From Eledone cirrhosa (lineage: Eukaryota): a DNA stretch of 64,000 bases. Made by a program: the position numbers and the translations under genes. This document shows positions 51,786 to 62,794 of the stretch, one piece after another. Numbering within the stretch: position 1 is the first letter of the stretch; every line of letters begins with the position of its first letter. The DNA is taken from the NCBI GenBank assembly GCA_964016885.1, contig OZ024741.1:275962001-276026000 (forward strand), read 5' to 3'. A model generated the notes under the pieces. The model made no database searches. It saw only the letters and a list, made by a program, of their open reading frames with translations, and was not told the origin of the DNA.

Positions 51786-52354
51786 TTCTATTGACCGATT
51801 AATCGCTTAAGTTTATTTTAAAAACAACTCGGTCGAGAGGTTAATTTGGTTTTGTGCTATTTTTGCAAATTTTTGCAATAACTACACATGTTGAATTCAC
51901 TGGCCAAAATAGGGGTTTTCTCCCCTTAGAACCTCACATGTGCTTTTCATAACCTGTGAGATTCTGGTGCATGAAGAACAAAATGCCTGTTGAGAAAGCG
52001 ATGCCTTGTTCAATCATTATACCAAAAGCTTATTTTTTATAAGCAAACAGTATTATTGATTTAGGTATTGCAGAAACCCTACATCGGAGTATTTCATCTT
52101 CCCCGAGGGTCCGGGTAACTATTTCAATCATATCTTATTTTGTTTGACCCGTTTAGCTTGTTCGCTTTTTTGGCTCAGGTGGTTAATGGCATCTTAACCA
52201 TCGTCTCAGTTTGTATGACCTTTTTTAACTTATGTTTATAGCTCTGGTATCTTCTTACCCATGGAGCGCTTGTCTGCACAATATAGAAGTTGCGTTTCGC
52301 TAATTTCTACCTGCCGAAATGCGATTCTTGCTAAATTTATATTTATATATATAT

Positions 52355-54797
52355 AGGAACGAGTAGGACCCCGACGGCTGAACTCAAGCCGTTTCGACGG
52401 CTAATTCTAGACTAAATAAAAATTTAGATTTTTTATATTTGAATAGCCGAGCTTCTCAGGGGGTAATTCCATATATGGTAAAAGTGATTGTCACAAGGAT
52501 TGGTCAAAAGTTTGTTGTTGAGACATAATAATTCTATCATGGCAATTTGTGGAGGGAAGGGGTAGCTGAACCTGCAAGTAGAAGAAAGAGGGAGAGATGG
52601 TGGAGGAAACCCAGTCGTGGTGCGTTGATAGTGCCAACTACAGCTGGGCATGAGGTCAAAGAAGATATTAAGGGGGGGGGGGGGAGTCGAAACAATAAGT
52701 AAAACAATATGGGGTAAATATATAGAGAAATACCGGGAGTGTTAAAAAACAATTAAATGTAAAAAAAAAAAAAAAAAAAAATTTCTGGTTACTATAACCT
52801 AAGGACAGCTATCAAGTCTCTCACTGGTACTGCTAGACTAAAGAAAGGTTTACTAGGTGGGACGGAATTATAATGAGACCCTTTTAAGAGGTATAAGTAA
52901 ACAACCGAATATATCTTACGGTGACGGGTCAACAAGTGGGGGGCCAAAATACTAAAGAAACTACCACAAAATAATAATTCAGAGTACCGAGACCAGTACG
53001 AAATAAGGGTTTCTACCCCAGGCACAAGGCCAGCAACCACCCAGTGCAAAAAAAAAAAAAAACTAATACGAAATAATAATTCAGAATCCCGAAAAAGAAA
53101 ACTAATACTATCTCTAAGGGTGCCGCCACGATACAAAAATTCTAGTGCAAACTACATAAATGCTCATACGAAGTATATGTAAAATTTGATACGGAAAATT
53201 AATTCAGAATCACCCCCCCCCCCCTCCGAGCATAAATTGCACGGACGGCGTCCTCCCGTGTAAGAGTTGGCTCTGGATAGTAAGCTCCAAGTGAGATCAT
53301 AGGTAATATTGTTATCAATGAGGTCCCATATGTGGCCCGAAAGTGTAGTGGCGTGACGCCGGGCCGGGTTTCGGAAGGTATGTCTGTGTTGGTATAGCCG
53401 GGTCTTGAAGTCACATGCAGTTAATCCTATATAAGCTTTGTTGGAGGTGTCCGTCCTCACGTTGCACTGGTAGATCACATTACGATCTCTGCATCTGTTG
53501 TCGAGGGGGAAAATGGATCCATCAGGACAGTTGCACCTCCTGGTCGGCTCTCCACTGCTATTTACGTTATTTCTTCCATAGGGGTTGAGTTTTTTGTTGT
53601 TAGAGGAGACAATGTTTTGTGCAAAGTTTGGTGTGGTGCTGTAGGAGAGTTTGATGGTATTTTTGTTAATTATGTTGTGGTAGCGGTGTTGTAGTGGGAA
53701 GTGTATTTCAATGAGCCTAAAGAAGATTTTGCCGATAGGAGTTGTCACCTCGGCGTTGTGGGGAGGATTAAACCATGTTACGTTGCGTGAGCGGCGGTGT
53801 CGCCTGCTGGTTCCGCTAATCGAAGCTGGACAGTAGGATATTTCCTCCCGGAAACCACTCCGCTTGAGGGCCTGGTTGTAATAAGGCGCATGTTCCTCGA
53901 ATATCTGCTCATTAGCTGACAAACGAGATATGCGGACGGAGATGTTTTTAACCAGGTTATTGGTGATGTTCCTAGGATGGTTTGACCGGCGGTGGATGTA
54001 GTGCAGGTTGTCGTTAGGTTTCCTGTATGGGTAGTACAGATCATTATCGAGGTCAAGGGTAACGTCCAGGAAGTTTACTCGGGTCAGGTACGTTTGTAGG
54101 GTTATTTTAAATCCCCAGTCGCGGAAGAAGCTGATTAATTGTTTACGGACCCGATCTGTACTACTGGGGTTGTACCCTTTAAGGGTAAGGAGCCCATCAT
54201 CACGGTACAATCCACCGCCGAATGCAGGAAACATATCGGTGAGTTTGGCTATTAGGAATAATCCGATAAGATCTGTGACCTCAGCCGAATCCGTCGCGCC
54301 CATGCTGACGTCGAAGGGTGAGTCGGGAGCTCTCTTTATCCATTTGGAGTCGTCAAAGAGTAAGACTGTCTTCCTGGCGTGGAGGATGATGTTTCTTTCC
54401 TGGTCGGTGATGGGCACAAGTGTTTCGGCGAAGTCCAAGGCAGCCGTAAGTAGCGGTAAAGTAATTGAAGCATAGTAACTCTCTATGTCAAACTGGATGA
54501 ATTTAGTGTCTCGTTTTTCCTCCATATTGCTGAACCATGAGATTACTTCCTGGGTGTTGACCCATAGGCTAAGTCTGGCGTGTTGCTTACTTTTACCATA
54601 TATGGAATTACCCCCTGAGAAGCTCGGCTATTCAAATATAAAAAATATAAATTTTTATTTAGTCCAGAATTAGCCGTCGAAACGGCTTGAGCTCAGCCGT
54701 CGGGGTCCTACTCGTTCCTATTACCCACTCTACTACCCTAAGTATTGAGTACTTTGGTGCGTTATGGTCCACCTGGTTCCTTACCATATTTCCTTCG

Positions 54798-54800
<3 letters not shown>
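52355..54800 (-). mobile_element. Penelope-like element (YRDD type), 5'-truncated with inverted pLTR and tail
   Basis: 52355-52485 is the reverse complement of ~54588-54721; tail 54722-54800; (TA)n flanks. Confidence 0.93.
53164..54525 (-). CDS. Penelope-type RT plus GIY-YIG (partial)
   Basis: FDIESYY, FDVSMG, LYRDDGL, NFLDVTL, SNHP, WFNPP, NVIY...AYIGLT..FKTR..QH, CNLC. Confidence 0.9.
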   Translation of the reverse strand: MEEKRDTKFIQFDIESYYASITLPLLTAALDFAETLVPITDQERNIILHARKTVLLFDDSKWIKRAPDSPFDVSMGATDSAEVTDLIGLFLIAKLTDMFPAFGGGLYRDDGLLTLKGYNPSSTDRVRKQLISFFRDWGFKITLQTYLTRVNFLDVTLDLDNDLYYPYRKPNDNLHYIHRRSNHPRNITNNLVKNISVRISRLSANEQIFEEHAPYYNQALKRSGFREEISYCPASISGTSRRHRRSRNVTWFNPPHNAEVTTPIGKIFFRLIEIHFPLQHRYHNIINKNTIKLSYSTTPNFAQNIVSSNNKKLNPYGRNNVNSSGEPTRRCNCPDGSIFPLDNRCRDRNVIYQCNVRTDTSNKAYIGLTACDFKTRLYQHRHTFRNPARRHATTLSGHIWDLIDNNITYDLTWSLLSRANSYTGGRRPCNLCSEGGGGDSELIFRIKFYIYFV

Positions 54801-54830
<30 letters not shown>

Positions 54831-54835
<5 letters not shown>

Positions 54836-55172
54836 ACTTGAAATTGATTAACATATATATAAACATGAATAATCACAGGACATAATTTTTACAAGCGTAT
54901 AATCATATTAAAAGGTATCTATTTTTGAAGTTCTAGTCAACTTAATTTTGTTACCTTCCTAGCTATGCGTGGTTACACGCTTGTAAAAATTATCTCCTGT
55001 GATTATTCATGTTTATATATATGTTAATCAATTTCTAGTTATTATAAATTGCTCGGACCTACTCTATAGAATCTTTGAGCTTATTTTCCGGGCGATATGG
55101 CGCACGCCGTTATGGCATGACACCCATAATTTCAATTTAGATTAAATTCATTTAATTTACCTTAAGTTTGGA
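54831..55172. mobile_element. Non-coding fold-back insert with tail
   Basis: ~54831-54905 is the reverse complement of ~54970-55045; tail to 55172; (TA)n flanks. Confidence 0.8.
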
Positions 55173-55198
55173 TATATATATATATATATATATATATA

Positions 55199-58100
55199 TC
55201 ATCATCATCATCATCATCAGGTTTAGCGTCCGTGTTCCACGCTTGCATGGGTTTGGACGGGGGTTTTCCCACTTGAGGCAAGAGTGGTTGTCTTGCTCGC
55301 ATAGGACTGTCTGGCGGGTTTTCTACAGTTGGATGCCCTTCCTAACACCAACCACATTTACAGTGTGGGGCTGGGAGGTTTTTACCATGTTGCCTACACG
55401 GCCACATTACAGCGTGGACTGTCTGGCGGGTTTTCTACAGCTGGATGCCCTTCCTAACACCAACCACATTTACAGTGTGGGGCTGGGAGGTTTTTACCGT
55501 GTTGCCTACACGGCCACATTTACAGCGTGGACTGTGTGTTTTTTGTCGTGACACCTACACGATCTCATTTGTTTCGGCCTGGATGTTGTGGGACCAACAT
55601 AACTTTACATTGAAAGGGGCGGTGTGGGTGGGGTGGAGGTGGTGGGACGGGGGTGTGTTTTGATAGAGGTGCCTACTGACTGTAGTAGGTTTTTACTTTG
55701 TATTTAGGTAAGGCGGGTCTTCTCTATTACTGAGTACCGCCAAAGGTCTCGGTCCAGTGACATTGTCTTGGAGAGGTGTAAGCGTGTGAGGTCGGAATTT
55801 ATCAGCTCGTCCCATGTTTTTCTGGGTCTGCCTACTCCGTGGCTACCGTCTATCTTTATTGCCCTGCACTTTGTTATACAGCTGTCGTCTTTCATGCGCA
55901 TCACGTGACCGTACCAACGTAGCCTTCTCTCGAGTAAACAACATCTGATCCCTCTTATTTCTAATTTTTTCCTTAGTTCGTTTATGCTTTGCCGTTCACG
56001 TATATTACTATTGCACATCCAGCGGAGCATGCAAGCTTCGTTCCTCTCTAGTCTGCGTATATCCTCTGCACACAATGCCCAGGTCTCACTGCCATGCAGC
56101 ATTGCTGTTCGCATGCAGGCATCGTATAACCTGCCTTTCATTTTTAGGGAGAACCCTCTAGCGGCTAATAGTGGTATAAGCTCTCTTAACTTTTTCCATC
56201 CAGTTCTGACTCTAGCTACTGTACTTTCAGAGCACCCTCCCCCACTGCTGATTTTGTCACCCAGATAACGGAAGCTGTCCACTATTTCTATAGAACCCTC
56301 TGCGCAGTTGAAGGAGCTAGTATTTTGTGGGCACTTGCTGCTACTTATTGCACCAGAGCACCGGCCACATGTAAAATCTATGTTCTTAGTTAGCTTACCT
56401 GTGATCCCACTACATCTTTTATGCACCCATACTTTGCATTTGGGACATAAAATGGAGTTTCTACCTACGCCTTTCCTACACACTGAGCATGGCCATTTCC
56501 CCGATGGGACCGCCGCCTTATTTTCTTTCCTACAAACTAGAACTTTAGTCTTAGCCAGGTTAATTTTAAGGCCTTTTGATTCTAGGCCGTGCTTCCACGT
56601 TTGGAATTTCTTCTCTAGTTCGGTCATTGATTCAGCTATGAGCGTTAGATCATCTGCGTATAGGAGTTCCCATGGGCAGCCGGTCTTGAACTCCTCTGTT
56701 ATAGCCTGAAGGGCAATAATAAATAGTAGGGGGCTAAGTACAGAGCCCTGATGGACACCAACTTTTACGCTAAACTCTTCACTATATTCGTTGTTAATTC
56801 TAACCTTACTGACTGTTTCTTTATACATGGCTTGTATAGCTCTCACAAGCCATTCGTCAACACCTAGTGTTCTAAGAGACCACCAGATAATGGAACGGGG
56901 GACTCTGTCGAAGGCTTTCTCCAAGTCGACAAAAGCTAAGTATAGGGGTTTACTTTTAGCTAGGTACTTCTCCTGTAGTTGTCGTACAATGAAAAGAGCG
57001 TCTGTGGTACTTTTGCCTGACACAAACCCGAACTGCATTTCATCTAGATCAATTCTCTCTCTGATTAGTTGCGCTATTACTTTTTCCGTGACCTTCATGA
57101 CCTGGTCGATTAATTTAATGCCTCTATAGTTACTCCTATCTAGGGCATCTCCTTTTCCCTTATAGCAGTTAACGATGATGCTGCTACGCCATTCCTTCGG
57201 AACAACCCCATTCTGTACGACTTGGTTAACTATCCGGGTGACCATGGTGTGTCCCACCGAACCAGATGACTTCAGCATCTCAGCAACTATTTCCGAAGGC
57301 CCAGCCGCCTTACCCGTCTTCATATCTTTGATTGCCTTACTTATTATACTACCTTCAACTAACACTGCTGGTCCCTCTATTGGATCGATCTGGGGGAGAC
57401 TGTCTTTCTCCCATTTGTTCTCCTCATTTAGAAGCCTTTCGTAGTGACACTTCCAAGCTACCTTCTTATCAGCGTCGGTGATGGCAAGTATGCCATCATC
57501 GTTAAGTACACACTTCTCCCCGACAATATCACGGTTTTCCTTGACACATTGCCTGGCAATCCTGAACACCTCACGTTTTTGGTCCTCACGTTGTAGAACA
57601 TGCTTGAACTTTCTTTCCTCTGCTTCCCTTCTTGCGAAGTACACTTGTCTCCTAGCTTCCCTCCTGGCCACTTGATAGTCTTCTCTACTTCCCCCATCCC
57701 GCCATACTTTCCAAGCCTGCTTTTTGGCCTTAATTGACTCCTCCACCTTACTGTTCCACCACCATGTTACTCTCCTCCTACCTACAGGCCTGCTCCAGCC
57801 ACAGACTTCGTCTGCCGCCGTCAGCAGGTTTGCTCTCAGGAATTCCCACTGTTCCTCTATATTATACGACTCTAATTGCTCTTCCTTACTGTCGAAAGCG
57901 TCAAGTAATTTGCTTTGAAATTTATTTCTGGCTATGGGGTCCTTTAGCTTCCATATTTTTCTCCTGAGGATAGTCCTCTTTCGCTGTCTAGTACGTCTCG
58001 TCCTGACTATGAGGTCGCTAATTATCAGTCTATGTTGGGAGGTGAATTCTTCATGGGGGTGGGATTTAGTGTTAACAACAGACACTCTGTCACGTCTTCT

Positions 58101-59898
58101 GGTAAGGATATAATCTACCTGGCTTGTGTGTTCCCCCGATCTATAGGTGATCAAGTGATTGTCTCGTTTTTTGAAGTTAGTGTTACAGATAGTTAAGTTA
58201 TTTGCGTCGCAGAATTCCAGGATTCTGGAGCCTTCCTCATTTTTAGTACCGAACCCATAGCCTCCATGGATTCCGTCATAGCCGTCACAATGTTGTCCAA
58301 CGTGACCATTTAGGTCGCCTGCAATAACTATATAGTCACTGTCGGTTATTTGGGAGGTAGCGAGCATCAGTGTCTCGTAGAATCTGTCTTTTATAGCGCG
58401 GGGCAGTCCGGATTGGGGTGCGTACGCAGATATTACTGTCACCGTAGTTTTATTGAGGACAAGTCTTATTTTAATTATTCTGTCGTTCACTCTATTTACG
58501 TCTATTATCTTATCTGCCCACTTTTCTGCTACCATGATTCCTACCCCACCCAACCCATTGTCATTTCCCACCCAGAAAAGCTTATAGCATCGCTCTTTAC
58601 CCACGATGAATCTAGCCGACCCTCCCCTCCACCTGGTCTCTTGAATACAACAAACATCGACCTCCTTACGTTCAAGCATTTCTACAACCTCGTTAGAGCG
58701 ACCCTTTAAGGTGCCTACATTCATGGTACCAACTCTGAAGTTTTGGATTGCGTTTGGAGGGTGGGAGCGGTTGGGCGCGGGGGGGGGGATGGGGTTATGT
58801 TAGCCATCCTGGGCCGAAACAAGGAGGAGTGTTTGCATTCTCGTCCACGAGGTGAATTTGGCTTTATCTTTGGCATTGTCGCTGAGCGTCCACATTTTTC
58901 TCTCTTCAACTCTCCAGAATTCCGTAGTCCATCCATCATATCGAAAAGCAACCAGTTAAGCGATAGTATGGGCCTCTGACTTATGATTGGTCCACGTAAT
59001 AATGGTGGTGCGTGGGGGCGGGAGGGAGGGATGATGGGTTGTTAGCGAGAATGTAAGGTTTAAGATAAGATCGCCGTATTTTGGGCATGATTTAACAATA
59101 AACGAAAATACAAGATTTGTTTTGTTTAAGAAATTACGATAGAGAAAATGCGGTGATAGGGAAAATATGATTTTTAGAGAAAAGATATGATATATAATGG
59201 TGAAAATATGATATAGTGTGAATTTAGGACATAGAAGTGATTGAATGAATGGGTTCGAATGGAGAGAAGAATCGAGAAAAAATTTTGGGCATAATTTAAC
59301 AATAAACGAAAATACAAGATTTGTTTTGTTTAAGAAAATACGGTAGAGAAAATGCGGTGATAGGGGAAATATGATTTTTAGAGAAAAGATATGATATAGG
59401 ATGGTGAAAATATGATATAGTGTGAAATTAGGACATAGAAGTGATTGAATGAATGGGTTCGAATGGAGAGAAGAATCGAGAAAAAATTGGGCATAATTTA
59501 ACAATAAACGAAAATACAAGATTTGTTTTGTTTAAGAAATTACGATAGAGAAAATGCGGTGATAGGGAAAATATGATTTTTAGAGAAAAGATATGATATA
59601 TAATGGTGAAAATATGATATAGTGTGAATTTAGGACATAGAAGTGATTGAATGAATGGGTTCGAATGGAGAGAAGAATCGAGAAAAAATTTTGGGCATAA
59701 TTTAACAATAAACGAAAATACAAGATTTGTTTTGTTTAAGAAAATACGGTAGAGAAAATGCGGTGATAGGGGAAATATGATTTTTAGAGAAAAGATATGA
59801 TATAGGATGGTGAAAATATGATATAGTGTGAAATTAGGACATAGAAGTGATTGAATGAATGGGTTCGAATGGAGAGAAGAATCGAGAAAAAATTGGGC

Positions 59899-59901
<3 letters not shown>
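55199..59901 (-). mobile_element. Apparently full-length RTE-clade LINE inserted in (TA)n
   Basis: Tandem-monomer 5' end, 1006-aa ORF, 3' UTR with ~115-bp duplication, (GAT)n tail. Confidence 0.95.
55704..58724 (-). CDS. RTE ORF: AP endonuclease plus reverse transcriptase with inserted PHD-like finger
   Basis: NVGTL, QETRW, YAPQ, GDLNGHVG, SQVDY, SQH; FVDLEKAFD, QGSVLSP, LLYADD, FRYLG; no internal stops. Confidence 0.96.
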   Translation of the reverse strand: MNVGTLKGRSNEVVEMLERKEVDVCCIQETRWRGGSARFIVGKERCYKLFWVGNDNGLGGVGIMVAEKWADKIIDVNRVNDRIIKIRLVLNKTTVTVISAYAPQSGLPRAIKDRFYETLMLATSQITDSDYIVIAGDLNGHVGQHCDGYDGIHGGYGFGTKNEEGSRILEFCDANNLTICNTNFKKRDNHLITYRSGEHTSQVDYILTRRRDRVSVVNTKSHPHEEFTSQHRLIISDLIVRTRRTRQRKRTILRRKIWKLKDPIARNKFQSKLLDAFDSKEEQLESYNIEEQWEFLRANLLTAADEVCGWSRPVGRRRVTWWWNSKVEESIKAKKQAWKVWRDGGSREDYQVARREARRQVYFARREAEERKFKHVLQREDQKREVFRIARQCVKENRDIVGEKCVLNDDGILAITDADKKVAWKCHYERLLNEENKWEKDSLPQIDPIEGPAVLVEGSIISKAIKDMKTGKAAGPSEIVAEMLKSSGSVGHTMVTRIVNQVVQNGVVPKEWRSSIIVNCYKGKGDALDRSNYRGIKLIDQVMKVTEKVIAQLIRERIDLDEMQFGFVSGKSTTDALFIVRQLQEKYLAKSKPLYLAFVDLEKAFDRVPRSIIWWSLRTLGVDEWLVRAIQAMYKETVSKVRINNEYSEEFSVKVGVHQGSVLSPLLFIIALQAITEEFKTGCPWELLYADDLTLIAESMTELEKKFQTWKHGLESKGLKINLAKTKVLVCRKENKAAVPSGKWPCSVCRKGVGRNSILCPKCKVWVHKRCSGITGKLTKNIDFTCGRCSGAISSSKCPQNTSSFNCAEGSIEIVDSFRYLGDKISSGGGCSESTVARVRTGWKKLRELIPLLAARGFSLKMKGRLYDACMRTAMLHGSETWALCAEDIRRLERNEACMLRWMCNSNIRERQSINELRKKLEIRGIRCCLLERRLRWYGHVMRMKDDSCITKCRAIKIDGSHGVGRPRKTWDELINSDLTRLHLSKTMSLDRDLWRYSVIEKTRLT

Positions 59902-59902
<1 letters not shown>
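59081..59902. repeat. Four ~203-bp monomers in A-B-A-B order at the RTE 5' end
   Basis: ttgggcat recurs at 59081, 59285, 59487, 59691 and 59893 (periods 204, 202, 204, 202). Confidence 0.93.
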
Positions 59903-59945
<43 letters not shown>

Positions 59946-60059
59946 TATATATGTGTAGATAGATAGATACACACACACACAGTCTATATATATAGAGAGA
60001 CTGATTGAATACACACATGCTTTTTCACAAAAATGTTTTTCCATTCCTTTTTCTTCTCA

Positions 60060-60391
60060 TTAATTTATCATCTGATGAAGGACCCGTGCCCAAAGCGAAC
60101 TTTTTTCTACTATACAAAGCGTTAAACTAATTATACTGTGTGGTTTACTTTGTTTTTTCTATTTACTTTTTGCATACAATTACACAGAGTTTCAGCTTTG
60201 CATCTGAAAAGAGGGTATTAGCACTGAAATATCATGTTAAAACACACCGGGTTAAAACATTACTTTGTTTTGTTATATTTCATTTGTCATAATTTGCCCT
60301 TCATATTTTTGTACCGTATAGTACCGGGTTTTAAAATAAATTTATCAGTCTTTTACTACATATCTCACAATGCTTGGTATTAACTACAGTA

Positions 60392-60392
<1 letters not shown>
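60060..60392 (+). mobile_element. Penelope-like pLTR remnant with two degenerate hammerhead cores
   Basis: ctgatgaagg at 60072 and ctgaaaaga...gaaatatc at 60204; end cacaatgcttgg resembles the tail at 20481. Confidence 0.45.
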
Positions 60393-60469
<77 letters not shown>

Positions 60470-60473
<4 letters not shown>

Positions 60474-60990
60474 CTCTGTTGACGAAGAAGGGTTTCTCCC
60501 TGCGTACGAAAGGCCGGTTGTATGATGCCTGTGTGAGGAGCGCGATGCTGCATGGTAGTGAGACATGGGCAGCTACCGCATAAGATATGCGACGGCTGGA
60601 GAGAAATGAGGCAAGCATGCTCCGTTGGATGTGCAGTGTAAATGTGCGTGAACGACCCAGCATAAATGTGTTGAGAGAGAAACTGTGTCTGAGAGGGATA
60701 GAATGTAGTGTACGGGAGAGGAGACTGAGGTGGTATGGACATGTGATGCGCATGGAGGATGACCGATGGGTGAAGAAGTGCCAGGAAATGCCAGTTGAAG
60801 GAAGACGTAGTAGAGGTAGACCACGAAAAACATGGGCGGAGGTGGTGAGAACAGACCTCAGATCATTGAAGCTCACGGTGGAGATGACGAGGGACCGTGA
60901 CGAGTGGAGAGATGCTGTGCTGAATAAGACCCGTCCCACCCTTGCAAGCAGGGAAAAGCGGACGTAAAATGATGATGATGATGATGATGA

Positions 60991-60995
<5 letters not shown>
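60470..60995 (+). mobile_element. 5'-truncated RTE (second family) in (TA)n
   Basis: KGRLYDACVRSAMLHGSETW...; (GAT)n tail. Confidence 0.9.
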
Positions 60996-61022
<27 letters not shown>

Positions 61023-61028
<6 letters not shown>

Positions 61029-61560
61029 TGATATCAAAATGTTTCCGGGCTAGTTCTGTAGCACACCAACAGATGGCAACACATGGTTATGCACTCAATG
61101 AGAGCTAGCAGTGACCTTCATGCACCAGTGTGATGAGTGATATCTCTGTGTTCACTTTGCAAGTTGTGAAATTTGTGTTTTTTGTGATCACATGTATGCT
61201 GTAGCCTGCGATTTTGTCATTAACAGGAAGTTGTAACAAAGAACCAGCGCGAAATTTTGTATTCAGCCTGAGAAGTCTGCTGCAAAGGCATTGAGCATGC
61301 TTCGGCAAATTTATGGTGACGAGGCAATGGGTCATACACAATGTTTCAAGTGGCATGGGCACTTCAAAAGCAGAAGAACTTTCCCTGAAGATGACGAGCA
61401 ATCTGGAAGACCTTCCATGAGTGTCACCCACCAGGAACATGGAAAAAATTAATCAGCTTGTGCATGAGCATCATCAGTGAACAATCAACAATATTGCTGA
61501 TGTTACTGGCCTGTCGTATGGGTTTGTGGAGACAATCCTAATGTCTGAATTGAACACACA
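61023..61560 (+). mobile_element. Degenerate mariner transposon, 5' half
   Basis: TIR-like start and HTH region (IYGDEAM..TQCFKWH..FK...EDDEQSGRPS). Confidence 0.8.
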
Positions 61561-62533
61561 ACCTGTCACTGAGCTCTCATCACTTGTGAGTTTCCCATCA
61601 AAAACAGGAAAGAATCGCTGGACAGATTTTACAGGCAAAACCAACCGGCAGGAGACCCAGGAGTAGACCCCGAGCAAGATGGTAGGATAATATCAATGAG
61701 CTTGGCGGGTCTTACTTGGGGATCCAGCAGGATCAGTTGGAGATGGTTGCTTCAGACAGGATCTGCTGGAAGGAGAGTTTGAAGACCTGCCCCCACGACC
61801 CTCTCAGGGATATGTGGGCGAAGAAGAAGAGAGAAGACATCAACCCCCAGTCCTTATTTCTTAAAGTCTGGTACTTATTTTATCGATCAGATTTTGTCAA
61901 ACACACACAGATGCATCTATACATATGTGTGTGTGTGTGTGTATGACTATCACCAAACAACATCATGCCCAACCACACTACTCCACACATTACACCACAC
62001 CCAACAACAACTCACCATGACCCACCCCACCACACAACATTAAACCACAAAGGCGTATCCCATCTCACTCCCACCATCAAATACTACTTGCTTGCACTAC
62101 ACCCCCAACACTCCCACCCACATCCCTACACTCCCACCAACATCACTATACCACACCCCATCAAACTACACTATATTACACAGAACAACGCCTCTCCCCA
62201 ACCTCACCATCAAACTTGCACCCCCATCAACCAACCACACTACCACCACAAACTTAAAGGAGTTTTTTTGATGTGGGAGGTAATGTGACTAGAGGCACCA
62301 CAAAACATAACTCCACCCCATGTCACCATCAAACCTGCACCTCACCCGCCACAACACACCACCATAAAACCTCGCCTCACACCACCCATTACCCTCACCA
62401 CCACCACCACAAATTTACGGGGCTTTTCTGATTTAGTAGTAGGTTGGGGTGGCTGCAGGCATATAGGCACCCCAATCAGGCCCTCACCTCACCCGACCAT
62501 CAGATCTTCATTCCACACCGACCAGAAACTTAC

Positions 62534-62656
62534 AGGACTTTAATGATTTAGTGGTGGGTAATGTGGAACAGGAGAATCTGTTCATGTTAGCAGCTGATTT
62601 TAGATTGTTTCGTGCTGATATCACCTCTATCAAGGATGGAGTTTCAGGTAGGATAG
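62534..62656 (-). CDS. SH2 adaptor gene, most 5' exon visible in the window (phase 1-1; ILPETPSLIEVISARNNLKSAANMNRFSCSTLPTTKSLKS)
   Basis: Acceptor ttttccatttccag and donor gtaagt; 123 nt open; phase matches the 40597 exon. No homology support, and additional exons could lie in between. Confidence 0.6.
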
Positions 62657-62794
62657 CTGGAAATGGAAAATAGAAATTGAAGTTGGCATGGATGGAGGGC
62701 TTAATTAGTTAACTAGTTAACTAACTAATTAGTTAGGTGGGTGGTTAATTGGCTACAGAGGTCGGTTGATGGATTTAATAATTTAAACCTACTG

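Noticed and set aside
58795-58925. HDV-like ribozyme in the RTE 5' UTR (ttcacctcgtgga...ggatggctaa on minus)
   Set aside because: An L3-like loop is present, but I could not build convincing P1, P1.1 and P2 helices by eye; needs a descriptor search.
58956-60018. 187-196-aa hydrophobic ORFs as a possible RTE ORF1
   Set aside because: They are translations of the AT-rich tandem monomers, with frame changing between units.
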